The notes under the pieces were generated by a model. It ran no database searches. It was not told the origin of the DNA and worked only from the letters and a program-made list of their open reading frames with translations. From Sphyrna mokarran (Eukaryota), in NCBI GenBank assembly GCA_024679065.1, contig JAGIQG010000014.1:75950001-76014000 (forward strand): a stretch of DNA of 64,000 nt, read 5' to 3'. Below are positions 45,631-60,692 of this stretch, in pieces. A program made the position numbers and the translations under genes. Every line of letters starts with the position of its first letter. The first letter of the stretch is position 1.

Positions 45631-46702
45631 ATGATACTGGTACGCAATGATCATAGAATTACTTTGTCCAGTGAAGTATAGATGTGAGCAGATGATAAGG
45701 AAAGGAAAATGATTGTTATCAGAATGACATTTAACAGTTATATAAATTGCGTTAAATTATAAAAAAAACTATATCAAAATAAGATAATGCACATGTAAAT
45801 GTCTACCAAATGTAAGGCAAATTTGAAGTGATCACATGTTAAACCACCAAAGGATATTGGCCGGAAGAAATAGGTCATATACAACAAACTGAAAATGCAG
45901 AAAAACCAATACCGAGAAGTTAATATTTTTGACACAATATAAGTGGTTATGCAAACAAGTTAAATGTCAAGATCTTGTGTCTAGTCTGGCGTAATGGTGA
46001 CAAAATATAATTGTTGCCTGGGAACCAGAAGGCGACCATCACGGTTTTAGACTACGGGATTAAATGTTTTCAAATATTTTAAGTATTTTTATACATGTTA
46101 AAACTAAGAAAAGAGTTGGAGGGGATCGTTTATGCAGACCATGAAAACGTTGAACTTTCTGAGGATACTGAAGGTGACAAACAAACTAACCTCGAAATGA
46201 ATATGAAACTGAGAGTGGAATGGAGGGAACCATGCAAGGTTCAATATCCCTGCAAGGTTCCAGATCAGATCAGATTTTTTCATAGGCCAATGGATGCGTG
46301 AATATCTTATGTCAGCTAAGTCTCAATTAAGATGGCTAGTAGCATATATGGAAGAGAATCTGAAGATTCTGCAAGTATCACTAATATTCATGTGCATTGT
46401 TTCATTGCAAAGTAAAGCGAGAAAACAATTCAGTCTTGCATTGGTGAGGATTAACAGACATTTCTCGATGGAAAGCCATAAGAGAATAATGATATAAAGG
46501 CTATAAATTAAAATTAATTAATGCAATAAATAAGTTATGATAGCTTAACGGAATTTTGATATATCTGTTTTTCAATATCTTCCATGCCATATTTTATCAA
46601 ATTGAATCTTAAGATGCATGTTACAATTGGGCTGCAGAGATACTTCGGCAAAAGAGAGAAACAATGCAGATTCAATGAAAAAAATCTTGATTCAAATTTT
46701 CA

Positions 46703-46921
46703 TTGTGCAACAATAAATCAAGGTGACCGTGCAGATTTCAGAACGTCCAGCTTTAAGAAATGAGCACTCTTCTCATTGGGTGAATATCAATATGCTCATG
46801 CTCACCAATCAGAAGCTGAGCTGTGATTGGGGATCCGGACTGCCCCCTTCGCTACCCATCCACCATCACGCACGATCAGACTCAGTGTAACATTGGATAG
46901 CGAGCCGCTGGGTTGCACTTG
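46703..46921 (+). promoter_or_regulatory. Variable-exon promoter 5
   Basis: Same motif order; ATTGG 46775, CCAAT 46805, ATTGG 46892. Confidence 0.85.
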
Positions 46922-47096
46922 TGCACGAATCCACTGCAAATGTTACACAGAAAAAAGAAGATTTTACTGAAATAATCCAAGCGATTTCGAAAACAATCAG
47001 GTATTTGCTACACCGTAGTCGTTCCAGGTTTAAAATATAGAACTATAAAAACTGTACGGGCATGTTCTGAAACAAGGGGAATGTTTTTCGCTGGAA

Positions 47097-49565
47097 ATGA
47101 GATATAAAATATATTGGTTGCTAAAATGCCAAATATTATATTGTGTATTCTCCTTGCGGAATCTAGTGTTTGGGCAGATTCGTTATTCGATTCCTGAAGA
47201 ACTGCAACTGGGCGCCTTTGTTGGGAATATCGCAGATGATTTGGATTTAGATTTAAAGCAGCTCTCGGACCGCAGTTTTCGGATTGTGCCCGGGCCCAGG
47301 AAACAATACGTGGATATAAATGTGGACACTGGCGTTTTATTTGTGAAGGAGAAAATCGACAGAGAACAGATTTGCGGGCCTAGTTTGAGTTGTGTGATAT
47401 TCTTGGACTGTTTGCTTGAAAATCCCTTAAAGCTGTATCAGGTTGCAGTGGAGATTGTCGATGTGAATGACAATGCTCCCAGTTTCCCAAAAACACAATT
47501 CGGCCTGGAAATCTCAGAGCTTTCTACACCGGGAACGCGCTTTCCCCTCGAGTCCGCGCACGATCCGGACATTGGAACAAACTCCTTACAAACCTATGAG
47601 CTACTACCCAACGATAATTTCATTCTCGATGTTCAAGTCCGCAGTGGAAAAGGCAAGTTGCCAGTTTTGGTGTTGCAGAGTTCTTTGGATAGAGAAACGG
47701 AATCTAGCCACATGTTAACGTTAATAGCCAAGGACGGCGGGGATCCTGTCAGATCCGGCACGGCTCAAATCTCAATCAGAGTGAACGATGCAAACGACAA
47801 CGCCCCTGTTTTTCCCCAGTCAGTCTACAGAGTCACCCTTTTGGAAACTGCGCCCATAGGAACGCGGGTAATTAAATTAAATGCCACTGATTTGGACGAT
47901 GGCCCCAATGGAGAGATAATGTACTCGCTCAGCAGTCATACTTCAGTTAGAGCTCGAGAAATGTTTGAGGTGAATTCTAAAACCGGCGAAATCAAGTTGA
48001 AAAGAAAATTGGACTATGAAAAGAACAAGGCTTTCGAGATCAACATTCAAGCAACGGACATGGGTCCACATACGACAGCTGAGCACTGTGATATCTTGGT
48101 GGATGTTATTGATGTGAATGATAATGCACCCGAGGTGACATTAACGTCTTTGTCTAGCACAGTTTCAGAAGATGCTCCAGATGGAACAGTAGTCGCCCTA
48201 TTCAGTGCAGCAGATAAAGATTCGGGGCAAAATGGGCGGGTACAGTGTCAGATTTCAAATAAGCTCCCCTTTAAACTCGATTCCTCTTTGAAGAATTATT
48301 ATGCATTATTTGTTCAACATCCACTGGATCGTGAAAATGCCTCCCAGTATGATATCACTATAACATGCACGGATGCAGGAAATCCTCCTCTGACATCCAA
48401 AAAAACTATTCGGGTAGACGTTTCAGATATAAATGACAATGCCCCACGGTTTACCCAGACTTTATACACAGCAAACGTCGTGGAGAATAATGCTATTGGC
48501 GATTCTATATTTTCCATTACAGCCTTTGACCCAGATGTTGGACAGCACGCTCAACTTGAATACTCTATCCTGGAGACACAAGTTGGGAATGCCTCTGTGT
48601 TCACTTACATCTCAATTAACTCGGAAAATGGGGACATATTCGCTCAGAGAATTTTTGACTATGAAGAATTGAAAAACTTTCAGTTCCAAGCTCAGGTCAT
48701 GGACTCTGGAAACCCACCACTTACGAGTAATGTCTCAGTGAATGTCATTATCCTTGATCAGAATGATAATGTTCCAGTGATCATGCACCCATTAGCCGAG
48801 TATGGCTCAACGGTAACAGAGAAAATATCCAGGTTTGCAGAACCAGGCTACTTGGTTGCTAAGGTATCGGCCACTGACGCTGACGCCGGTCAGAACGCAC
48901 GTCTTTCTTATTCCATTTTTCAGGCTACTCAGTATAACCTTTTCACTATTTCACCAGACACTGGGGAAATTTGGACTATCCGTCGTATTGAGAATAAAGA
49001 TGCCTCTAAGCAAAGGTTAGTGATTGTAGTGAAAGACAATGGAGCACCATCACTTTCTGCCACAGTGACCATCATCCTGTCTGTGGTAGGTGGAGACACT
49101 GAAACATTCTCCGGCATCCATGAATTGTCTGATGATTCAAGGTTCACTCCTGATCTGAGTCTATCCTTGGTCATAGCATTAGGAACAATTTCTATCATTT
49201 TTCTATTGATTTTAATTATCCTTGCTGTAAAGGTTCATCAAAGCAGAAATGCTTTGGGAGGTCAGCCCTGTTCCTTGGGTGTTTGTTGCTGCTTTGAAAC
49301 AATGCATTCTCTGAATGGAATTCAAAGGGCCAGCAGAAATCTCCAGATACCACCCAACTATGTTGAAGTTTTCGGCGGTGACCCACTTTCTCAGAGTTTC
49401 CGCTATGAGTCATGTTCAACATTGCAGTCAACAAAGAGAGACTTCATAACCCCCAACACTTGCAGATCATCTACAGACAAAAATTATCTCCACAATGTGT
49501 TTGTGAGCAAAGAGCGTCCAGGAACCATTAATTATGAAAATTGCAACAACTCTGTAAACATCGAG
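47097..49565 (+). CDS. Clustered protocadherin variable exon 5 (823 codons)
   Basis: Intact ORF from 47097; donor GAG|GTGAGA at 49565/49566. Confidence 0.95.
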
Positions 49566-51509
49566 GTGAGATGGTTTGAAGGATGAATGAAATATTCACA
49601 ACTTTGATTTGGATGTACAGGTATACTTCTGCATATCCTGCGCGGTGATCTTTGTAGAACCGAAGTAATAATTTTAAACTTACGTCCTCAGTTTTCTGCA
49701 CTTTCTATTGTTTGCCATCGTTCAAATTGCTATATAATGCTATCTTCTCGAATATATTTATATTCTCATGTGATTAGATGTAACTTATTAGGTTTCGAAG
49801 CTGATATAAAACCTGTCCTGGTATTCCACATTGTCTGGTGACACATAATGAACCCACTTTAGATTAGTTAAATGTATTGGTATTGTTGACTTTGTTTCTC
49901 AGAGTTCAAGCAGTTGAAGAATCTGAGAAACGTTACACCTTCAAGGTACAATGCCAGTGCAGACAGTTTCCTTTTCACTAATGTTGGAATACTGGTTCAA
50001 TTGGTCACCTTAAACAACCAGACAGTTATGATGGTCTCAATTTGGTAGTTTTCACTAATTATCATCAACATCTTAATGCTCACCATTCACCAGCAGCTGA
50101 TGAGAACCAAACCTATAAATATTTTGTATACAAGAGCTCGTGAGAGATTGGGATTTCCGTGGAGAGTAATTCACATCCTGACTCCCAAATCCACTGAACG
50201 ACCTACAAGACATGAGTCAGCAGTGCGATGGATTACTCTGCATTTGCTTAATTTCAACAACACTCAACACGGGATTAACACTACCCAAGACAATCAGCCC
50301 CGCTTGCTCATCACACCAGGCAGAACTTTAAATACTCAATCCCTCCACTGCTGACGCACAGAAGCAGAGATGTGTGCCATCCACAAGATGTACCTCAACT
50401 CAAGAATGCTCATTCCACAGTACCTCACTATCCCTCAGTTTTTACCACCTGGAAGTACAAGAGCAGCAGGTGATGACAGACCATCACCTGCAAATTCCCC
50501 TCCAAGTCACATACATCCTGAATGGGAAATGTATCACTTTTCCTTTACTGTCATTGGGCCAAATTCCTAGAATTCCCACCCAAATAGCAATGTGTATGTT
50601 CTTACAGTTTGCATGGACTGTAAAGGTTCACGAAGGTCTCTCACTTTTATATTCTCAAGGCCAATTAGGGGAGGGTAATAAACACCAACTACCCAATGAT
50701 CCATATTTGAATGAAAAGAAATGCCATGTTTTCAAGTGTCTAATCGTTTATTATTGATCAGCTATTCCAACATTATTTGATTTCTCTGAAGCATCTGAAA
50801 ATCTGATTTTAGGTCAAGATAATATTTCAAATATATTCATTTTGAATCTTCTTATTGTCACAGAGTCACACTTGTCAGACTTCACACTTCTTCAGTCACA
50901 CTTCTTCAGGCTAATATTCAGAATCCAGTGCTGGAACTCACAAGTTCAGAGTATTCCATCACACAGATGATTTCTTCTTCTTGGCTGGCGCAGATGCTTT
51001 GGAGAATTAGGAGGCATATTGTTTTCCTCAGAATTCTCGGCTTCTTATCCGCTCTTGTCGGCAAAGTATTGGCACATCTAGTACAGAGAGAAGGAGTAAT
51101 GTTATGTTTCCAAGTTTTAGTGAATGATAAACCTCAGGGTGTTGATATTACTGAGAGTTGAGGCTGACAACTGAGAAATAATGGACTGGTTAATCAACCT
51201 AGTCACATGCGTAAATAAGTGGAAAGAAATCTTGGTGTTTGGGAGAGGACCACAGTCCAAATTCAAACATTTCCCTGATCTCATTACACTCCAAAATTAT
51301 GGTCAGAGTTTGTTACCAATAATGTCTGGCTGCCATCAGCAAAAATGGATAAGATAGAACATTAATTAATTAATAACATTTAATTACATTAAACTAGCTT
51401 TTCTGGAATTGAAGTCCGAGATAAAATGGAAAGGGGCCGTATGGTTAGTCCAACCTTCGCTTGTAAATTTCACATTTGACCAACACAGTTCAGAAATATT
51501 GTAAGGATA

Positions 51510-52830
51510 GCCCCACTAATTACAGACCAGTGAGCTTAACATCAGCAGTGGGCAAGTTTCTCTAGACAATAATTTGGGACAGACTTGGTACTGACATGGA
51601 ACAACGTGGGTTGATTAGGAAGTCCCAGCATGAACTTCTAAAGGACAATCGCGTTCAAATAGCTTGCTGCGGTTTTGAGGATGCAACAGAAAGGGTCGAT
51701 GAGGATAATGCTGTTGACGTAGTAGATTTGGACTTTCGGAAAGCATTTGATATAGTGACACACAACAGTGATCTGTGGAAAAAGATGTCTTGTGGAATAA
51801 AAGGGAGACTTGCAACGTAGATAGAAAAATGATGGAATAATAGGAAACAGTGAATGATAATCGAAGAATGTTTTTCATGTTTGATGAAGTTTTGTAGTGG
51901 TATTTCCCAGTGGTCAATATTGGATCCTTAGTTTTCCTGATGTATGTTAAAGATTTAGATCTTGGTGTGCAGGGGACAATTTCAAAGTTTCAGATGATAT
52001 GAAACTTGGAAACATTATAAAATGTGAAGAGGAAAGTAGAATTTAAAAAGAGAGATAGGTGACAGATGAAGCTAAATACGAAGAAGTGTGAGGTTATGCG
52101 TTTTGTTAGCAAGAACGTGGACAACGAATGTAGAATAAGGAAGACAGTTCTCAAAGGGATGCAGGAGCAGAAGGGCCTGGGTGTATGTGTGCATTAATCA
52201 TTGAATATAGCAATCAACAGATGGAGGGAGCAGTTATTGAAACACATAGTATTTTAGCCCTTATTAATACGGACATTGAGCATAGAGGCAAGGAGGTTAT
52301 GCTGAACTTATACAAGACACAAGTTAAATCTCAAGTGGAATATTGTGCCACACTAGGAAAAGTTTGAACCATTAAAGAAAATACAGAACAGCTTGACACA
52401 AATGGTTCAATGAATGATAAATTTCAGTTAAGAGAGGTGATTGGAGAATTTAGGGTTATTCTCCTGGAAGAGAAAAAGGCATGGACGAGATTTCATAGAG
52501 ATGTTTAAAAAGAGATGAGTGGGCTAGACACAGTATTGAGAATGAGAGGGCACTGATTTAAGGTAATGTGCAAAGAAGCAATTATGATGTAGGAAAAAAA
52601 CTTTTTCACAAACAGCTGATTTGGCCTGGAATGTGCTACCTACGAAGTGTAGTGGAGGCAGAGTTAATCAAGACATTCAAGAGGGCATTAGATAATTACA
52701 TGAATAGCAAAAACGTGCAGAAGTGTGGGAAACGACACGAAGCCATATTGTTTATTTGGAGAGTTGGTGCAGACACGAGGTTGCCAAATGGCCTCCTTCT
52801 GCTCTGCAACAATTGTATGATTTTGTAAAA
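51510..52830 (+). mobile_element. Decayed CR1 RT-to-tail fragment (paralogue of 43440-44500)
   Basis: ORF 51596..51820 contains RVDEDNAVDVVDLDFRKAFD. Confidence 0.75.
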
Positions 52831-54763
52831 TATGGCCCAATTTTCTCTGAACAAGGCCAAGGTGCGTAATTAGCCCAGGATCCTGTTGGTTTGGAAAGCA
52901 ACCACATAACATGCATTATGAAATATTGATACATAGTGTACCAACAATTGTTGACGTGCTATAAAAGTAATATCTCCGCTCTGTAGGACAACTCATCAAT
53001 TTCAATCTTTAAAACCAAAGCAACAAATGATATTAGTGATAATGCACAACTTCACTTGCCATCCAAATTGAGGAAGTACCTTCCAATTCTTCATAGGCAG
53101 CTGCAAGTGACAGCGAGGAAATAGTGAAGAAAACTTAAGGTTTTGTTTTTTGGAAATGATATTCTGCCCTGTAAAATATAGAAATTTCAGAATTACCTAA
53201 TCCAGGGTAAATAAATATTTATTGTTAACGACGATTAATAATGGGCATGTGGCATTAGTCCAGAAGTAGACTGGTTCTGCATTTTAAGACTCAAGAGAAA
53301 TTGTCTACTTCAAATAGGGATTGCCTTGCTCCCAGAGGGCAGTGGTTGTTTTCCAACAATTCACTAAAGCCTGAGCAATTTAAGATGTTCAGGTATTCCA
53401 AAATATCCTGATATCGACAGCACTGAGACTACAACACTTAGGAACTAGCCAGGTTTATAGTGCAAGGCTGAAACGTATTGACTTATTGTTGTCAAATCTG
53501 GTGTCCTTCACTAATGTGGATATGTGTAAGTGCAGAGTTCTCACAAGATACCTACATTTCAATATGCAGATTGTGTGGAACGAAGTGAACACTCCCTCAC
53601 CCCACCACGCCCAACCACCCCCCGACCCCGGTCTCGCCGCCCTGTTAACTTTGGAATGTGAGCGGAGAACCTTTTAACATACTTTTTCAAAGATCTTTCT
53701 CTGATTCAAATTGATGTGAATCATACTGATATGCTATGATTGGATAATTACTTTTCCCATTGACGTATAGGTGAGATGTGAATGGAAATGATTGTTTGTT
53801 AAATGGCACTCAACAGCCCGTTAAGCTATAAAAAGCATTTTATGTGGATCAAAATAAGCTCATGCACACGTAATCAGCTGCAAATGCAAGACAGATTTGA
53901 AGTGATCATTTTTTAAACAGTGAAAGGATCTTGGCCATAAGAAGTAGGTAATATAGAGCAAATTGAAAATGCAGAAACACCTGAACACTGGAAAGTTAAA
54001 AATTTTGAACCATTACCAGTGATTATGTGGATATTTTGCATGTTAAGTATATGCCCAATTCTGGAGTCTGGGTCTGGCGTAATGATGACAAAACATAATC
54101 CCTGTCTGGGACCGGAAAGGCGACCATCATGAATTTAGATCAATGCGATTAAGCGTTTTCGAATATTTTAAGTATTTTTACACATGCTACACTTCAGAAA
54201 AGATTTGGAGGGGATCGTGTATGCAGTCCATGAAAATGTTGAACTCCTCGCAGATACTGAACAAACTAAATGACCTGGAAATGAGGGTGGCACTGAGAGT
54301 GGAGGGGCAGAGGAAGGCCGCAAAAGATATAATCAGATCATGCATGCAGGGTAAAGGATAGATGAATATCTTATGTCAGAGAACTCGCAATTAAGATGGC
54401 TGGTAGCATTTTTGGAAGGGAATCTGAAGATTTTGCAAGTACCAGCACAATAATGCACATTGTTTCATTGTTAATTAAATGAGGAAACAGTTCATTCTTC
54501 CATTGGTGAGGATTAACAGATATTTGTGGACGGCAAATCATAAAGGAATCATCATATATAGACAGTAAATTAAAATTAATTCATGCAGTAAGGAAGTTAT
54601 GATAACTTATGGAATTTTGGTGTATTTATTTTTCGATATCTTCCATGGCATATTTCACCAAATTGTATCTTAAGATGTTCGTTGCAATTGAGCTGTAAAG
54701 ATGTTTCGGCAGAAGAGAAAAACAATGCAGAATCCAGAAAGGAAACCTTGATTCAAATTTTGA

Positions 54764-54982
54764 TTGTTCAACAATAAATCAAGGTCATCGTGCAAATTTC
54801 AGAACATCCAGCTTTAAGAACTGAACACTTTTCCCATTGGTCGAATATCAATATGCTCATGTTCACCAATCAAAAGCAGAGATGTGATAGGGGATCCGGA
54901 CTGCCCCCTTCATTACCCATCCACCATCACGCACGATCAGACGCATTTTAACATTGGATAGCGAGCAGCTCGGCAGCATTTG
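54764..54982 (+). promoter_or_regulatory. Variable-exon promoter 6
   Basis: Same motif order; ATTGG 54836, CCAAT 54866, ATTGG 54953. Confidence 0.85.
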
Positions 54983-55172
54983 TGCACAAATCCATTGGAA
55001 ATGCTACATAGAAAAAGAAGGTTTTACTGGAATAACCCGAGCCAATTATAAAACAATCAGGTATTTGCTGCATCGCAATCGTTCCAGGTTTAAAATATAT
55101 TGGTATAACTGTAAAAAGAACAATTGATGGTACGGACACGTTCTGAAACAAGGGGAATGTTTTTCGCTGGAA

Positions 55173-57641
55173 ATGAGATATAAAATATATTGGTGGCTAA
55201 AATGTCAATTATTTTATTGTATATTCTCCTCGTGGAATCTCGTGTTTGGACATATTCGTTACTCGATTCCTGAAGAACTGCAACTGGGCGCCTTTGTTGG
55301 GAATATCGCAGAGGATTTGGGTTTAGATATAAAGCAGCTCTCGGCTCGCGGTTTTCGGATTGTACCCGGGCCCAGGAAACAATACGTGGAAATAAATCTG
55401 GACACTGGCGTTTTATTTGTCAAGGAGAAAATCGACAGAGAGCAGATTTGCGGGCCCAGTTTGAGTTGTGTGATATCCTTGGACTGTTTGCTTGAAAATC
55501 CCTTAAAACTGTACCAGGTTGCTGTGGAGATTCTCGATGTTAATGACAATGCCCCCAGATTCCCAAAGCAGTTGATTCACCTTGAAATTTCAGAGCTTTC
55601 TACACCGGGAACGCGCTTTCCCCTCGAGTCTGCACACGATCCGGATATTGGAACAAACTCCTTGCAAACCTATGAGCTCCTCCCGAACGATCATTTCATT
55701 CTCGATGTTCAAATCCGCAGTGGAGAAGGCAAGTTGCCACAATTGGTGCTGCAGAGTTCCGTGGACAGAGAAACGGAAAACAGCCTCATGTTAGCGTTAA
55801 TAGCCAAGGATGGCGGGCTCCCTGTCAGATCCGGCACCGTTCAAATATCAGTCACCGTAAACGATGCAAACGACAACGCCCCTGTTTTTCCCCAGTCAGT
55901 TTACAGTGTCACCCTATCGGAAACAGCACCCCCGGGAACGCGGGTAATTATATTAAATGCAACTGATTTGGACGATGGTTTCAATGGAGAGATAACGTAC
56001 TCCCTGAGCAGCCACACTTCTGCTGGAGCTCGGGAAATGTTTGAAGTGGATTCTAAAACTGGTGAAGTCAGAGTGAAAGGGAAATTGGACTATGAACAGA
56101 ACAATGCGTTTGAGATTAATATCCAAGCAATGGACAAGGGTCCAAACGCAATGTCCGGGCACTGTAACCTGTTTGTGGATGTTATTGATGTGAATGATAA
56201 CGCACCTGAGGTAACATTGACGTCTTTGTCCAGCACAATTTCGGAAGATGCTCCAGTTGGAACTGTAGTCGCTCTGTTCAGTGCAGCAGATAAAGATTCG
56301 GGGCAAAACGCGCAGGTACAATGTCAAATTTTAAATGAACTCCCCTTTAAATTAGATTCTTCTTTGAAGAATTATTATGAATTACTTGTTCAACATCCAC
56401 TGGATCGTGAAAATGCCTCCCAATATGACGTAACTGTAACATGCACAGATGCAGGAAATCCTCCTCTGACATCCAAACAAACAATTCGGGTAGATGTTTC
56501 AGATGTAAATGACAATACTCCACGGTTTACCCAGTCTTTGTACACTGCAAGCGTCATGGAGAACAATGTTATTGGCGCGTCTATATTTTCCATTACGGCC
56601 TTTGATCCAGATGTTGGACAGAACGCTCAGCTGAAATACTCCATCCTGGATGCACAAGTTGAGAATGCCTCGGTGTTCACTTACGTCTCCATTAACTTGG
56701 AGACTGGGATCATTTTCGCTCAGAGAACTTTTGACTACGAGAAATTGAAAAACTTTCAGTTCCAAGCTCAGGTCATGGATTCTGGAACCACACCACTGGC
56801 CAGTAATATCTCTGTGAATGTTATTATCCTTGATCAGAATGACAATGTTCCAGTGATCGTGCACCCATTAGCCGAGTATGGCTCAACGGTAACAGAGACA
56901 ATATCCAGGTTTGCGGAACCAGGCTATTTGGTTGCTAAGGTATCGGCCACTGATGCTGACACCGGTCGAAATGCACGCCTTTTTTATTCTATTTTCCAAG
57001 CTACCCAGCATAACCTTTTTACTATTTCACCAGACACTGGAGAAATTTGGACTATCCGTCGTATTGAGAATAAAGATGCCTCTAAGCAAAGGTTGGTGAT
57101 TGTGGTAAAAGACAATGGAGCACCATCACTTTCTGCCACAATGACCATCATCTTATCTGTGGTAGGTGGAGACAGTGAAACATTCTCCAGTTTCAGCGAA
57201 TCGTCTGAAGATCCAGGATTCACTCCTGATCTGAGCCTTTCCTTGGTCATAGCATTAGGAGTAATATCTATCATTTTTCTATTGATTTTAATTATCCTCG
57301 CTGTGAAAATTCATCAAAACAGAAATGCTTTGGGCGGTCAGCCCTGTTCACTGGGTGCTTGTTGCTGCTTTGAAACGAGACAATCTCTGAATGGAATTCA
57401 AAAGGCCAGCAGAAATCTTCAGATACCACCCAACTACGTTGAGGTATTCGGGGGTGATCCACTTTCTCAGAGTTTCCGCTACGAGTCATGTTCAACATTG
57501 CAGTCAGCAAAGAGAGACTTCATAGCTGCTAACACATGCAGGTCATCTACAGACAGGAATTATGTCCAGGGTGAGACTGTGAGGAAAGGAAATCCTGGAA
57601 TGATGAATTCTGAAAAGCATGAGGATATTGCAAACACAGAG
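55173..57641 (+). CDS. Clustered protocadherin variable exon 6 (823 codons)
   Basis: Intact ORF from 55173; donor GAG|GTGAGG at 57641/57642. Confidence 0.95.
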
Positions 57642-59544
57642 GTGAGGCAAGTTTCAAAGTGAACAACATCTTCACAGATTTCTATTGGATATACAGAAAG
57701 TTTGAGGGAACAAAGCTATGTTTATTTGAATAAGGTGTGTGTAATTCATTAATTGATTAATGTATAGTTTTCTGCAATGTTTCTGTCGGCATCCATTTAT
57801 CACTGCTTTCCAGACGGCATCTTAGAGATTGTATTTGCATTGTTCTGTGATCATATGTAACATATTGTCAAGCCCACGGTAAAGTTTGTTCTGAGAGTTC
57901 AATGCGTTTGTTGTGCTTTTAAACCTTTTGGAATTAATTTTAATTAAAGCAAAATTTGACATGCTACATTCGTTTAAACATAACTATCTTACAAAGAACT
58001 TTCTGTATTCACAAAACTGCAAGTACAAAACACATTCATCGATAGTAATGCAGCAGTTCCACACTGCTCCTATAAAACTCTTGCTTAATTTCTTGTGGTA
58101 ATGTTCTCAGCATGCTTGTTCTTATGTAATACTATCAACATGTCTTGCACTGAGTTTCAGACCATTCCAAATTGATCAGCTAGGCAGATATCATTGTTAA
58201 CGAAAATTTTCAATGGGCATTTGATATTCATCCAGCAGTCTGACTGCTCCTGTATTTTATGACAGATTGTCGCGTTGAAATGCGAATTTGTTTGGTGCCA
58301 GAAGCCTGAGGCGATTTTTCTACAACAGAATAGGACCTGATAAATTTGGGATGATGCGATATTCCAAAACACCCTGAAACTGATTGGTTGGAACATATAC
58401 ACGAGACTATAAAAATTAGGATCCGTACAGTACTTGGCTCAAAATCCTGGTATGTTCTCTTGTTGTTAAGAAAACTGACCTTTAATTGCATGGTTATGTG
58501 CAAGCTCAAAGTTCTTCACAAGATACTTAGAGTTGCATATGGAGTGTGTGCAATGAAGTCAACAGTTACTATGGATTTAAATGTGAAAAGTCATAGAAAA
58601 TATTCCTGGGATATATCTCATGGATCCTTCCTCGGACGTCAAAATTTCAAGATGTTCGTAAATCACATGATTTACACGATATAGTCGTGTAGTTGTGTAT
58701 CTCAGTATTGCATGGTTCTATCAGCAGTTTGTAACATTAAAGAAACATGGTAACTTTTAGACTGGTATTTTAAAATGGCAAGCATTATTGTATTAAGCTA
58801 TGCTATTTATTTAACGTGGATCAAATTAAGCTGTTAGGCAGAGGATCCGGTGCCAATGACAGGAAGTAAAAATGGAATGATCCTTCATTGAATAGTGAGA
58901 CAATCTTAACAATGGGAAAGAGATAACAATGGAGCAAATTTAGAAATTGAGAAGTACTTGGAAGTTATTGGTTTTAAGCCTTGAAAATATACTTTGCAAA
59001 TTATGATGTGGATACTTCTGGTGCATGACATGTGGTGTCGATTAAATAAATTAGCTTGTCTTCGAAGTTGAAAGATGACCAGAATGACATTTGGTCCCTG
59101 GACTAGCAGTTTTCAAATGGATTCAGGAATTATATATATGCTACATGTTGGAGCATGGATGCAAGGCTTGCTGTATGTATGCTCTTAAAGTGCAGCGCTC
59201 AACAGATGATATTGGTAACAACAAGATATGTAACCTGAATGTAAGCATAGGAGGGGCTAAATTTACCATTCGGGATATTAATGCAAAACTCGAAGCACTT
59301 ATTATTAATAGAATAGTGAGAAGTGTGTTGCAAAGCACGGAGTTCATCGCAGATCCAAAAACACTCTGGTCAGATGGCTGGTTGGATGCATGGATGAGAC
59401 ATGGAGGATTTTGTAACTGTCAGTTCAGTAATGCCTAACGCTTTATTTTATAGGACAAAGAATAAATTGTACAGCCTTCCTCTGGTGAAATTAGGAGCCA
59501 CTTGGCAATGGAAATCCAGAATGGAATCATCGTACTTGGATAAT

Positions 59545-60250
59545 AGAAACATAGAAAATATGACCATATTGTTCTCTCTGAAGCTGCTCCACTATTCAAC
59601 ATGATCATAGCTGATCCATTATCTCAACAACATATTCCCGTACCCCTACATGCCTTTAGAGTATAGAAATCAATATTTTTCTTCCTTAAATACATTCAGT
59701 GTCTTGGAATCCACAGCCTTCTGTGGTAAAGAATTCCACAGCTTCACCACCCTCTGAAGACGTTTCACCTCATCTCACTCCCAAATGGCTTACTCCTTAC
59801 CTTGGGATTGTCACATCTTCTTCTCCATTCCCTGGACAGAAGAAACATCACCCATGCATCTATTCTTCCTATTCCCTGTCAGATTGTTATATGTTTTAAT
59901 TACATCCCCTCACATCATTTCAAATTGTATAGCAGACCCAATCTCTTCTTTCCCAGTAACGGGGAGGAAGGAGGGGAAGGAGGATCAGAATATTGAATTC
60001 GATGACCAGCCATTATCAATATGAATGACTGAGCAAGTTCAAAGGATCAAATGGCCTATCCCTGCTTCTAGTTTCTATGTTTCTAATAAGCCTGTGAAAG
60101 GTTTTCTGCACACCCTCGGTGGCAAGTATACAATTTATTTGGTGAGGAGACCAAAACTGCACACAATACTCCAGATGAGGTCTATCCAAGGCCGTTTACA
60201 GCAACAGTAAAAAATTCTTCCTCTTGTATACACGTTCTTTTGCAATGCCG
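59545..60250 (-). mobile_element. Decayed CR1 3' region with an internal plus-strand CR1 tail (~59955-60085)
   Basis: TAGAAACATAGAAA tail at 59545 and GGAGACCAAAACTGCACACAATACTCCAG (reverse of [10 protein letters not shown]); the inner tail ends TTTCTATGTTTCTA. Confidence 0.7.
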
Positions 60251-60473
60251 GCTGCACTCTTAATTTTATGTTGCTAATACACTGAATTATAAATATAACT
60301 CAATTAATGGAACGAACAAATCATGTTAATACAGGAAGTGATTTTTTTCACGTTTCTTCCATCCTATCCTTTACCAACATTCTTTTACGATACTTGTTGT
60401 AATTCAGTTCCAGATATTTTGGCAATGTAGGAATGTGCAGAATGCAGTCAGAAAATCTTAATTCGAATTTAAA

Positions 60474-60692
60474 TTGTGCAACTTTAAATCCAAGTATCTG
60501 CGTTAATTTCAGGGCGTTCAGCTTTAAGAAATGAACGGTAGTTTTATTGGTTGACTTTCAGTGCATTTCTGTTCACCAATCAGAAACTGAGATGTAATTG
60601 GGGATCCGGACTGCCCTCTTCACTACCCAGCCACCATCACGAACGATCAGACGCAGTGTAAAATTGGATAGCGAGCAGCTCGGCAGCATTTG
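60474..60692 (+). promoter_or_regulatory. Variable-exon promoter 7
   Basis: Same motif order; ATTGG 60546, CCAAT 60576, ATTGG 60663. Confidence 0.85.

Larger units (their letters stand above)
41570..55172 (+). repeat. Tandem segmental duplication, ~8.0-kb period (spacer 41570-47096 vs 49566-55172)
   Basis: Collinear similarity across both spacers, including unique DNA and the same LINE fossils; ATG-to-ATG distances are 7996 and 8076 bp. Confidence 0.9.
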
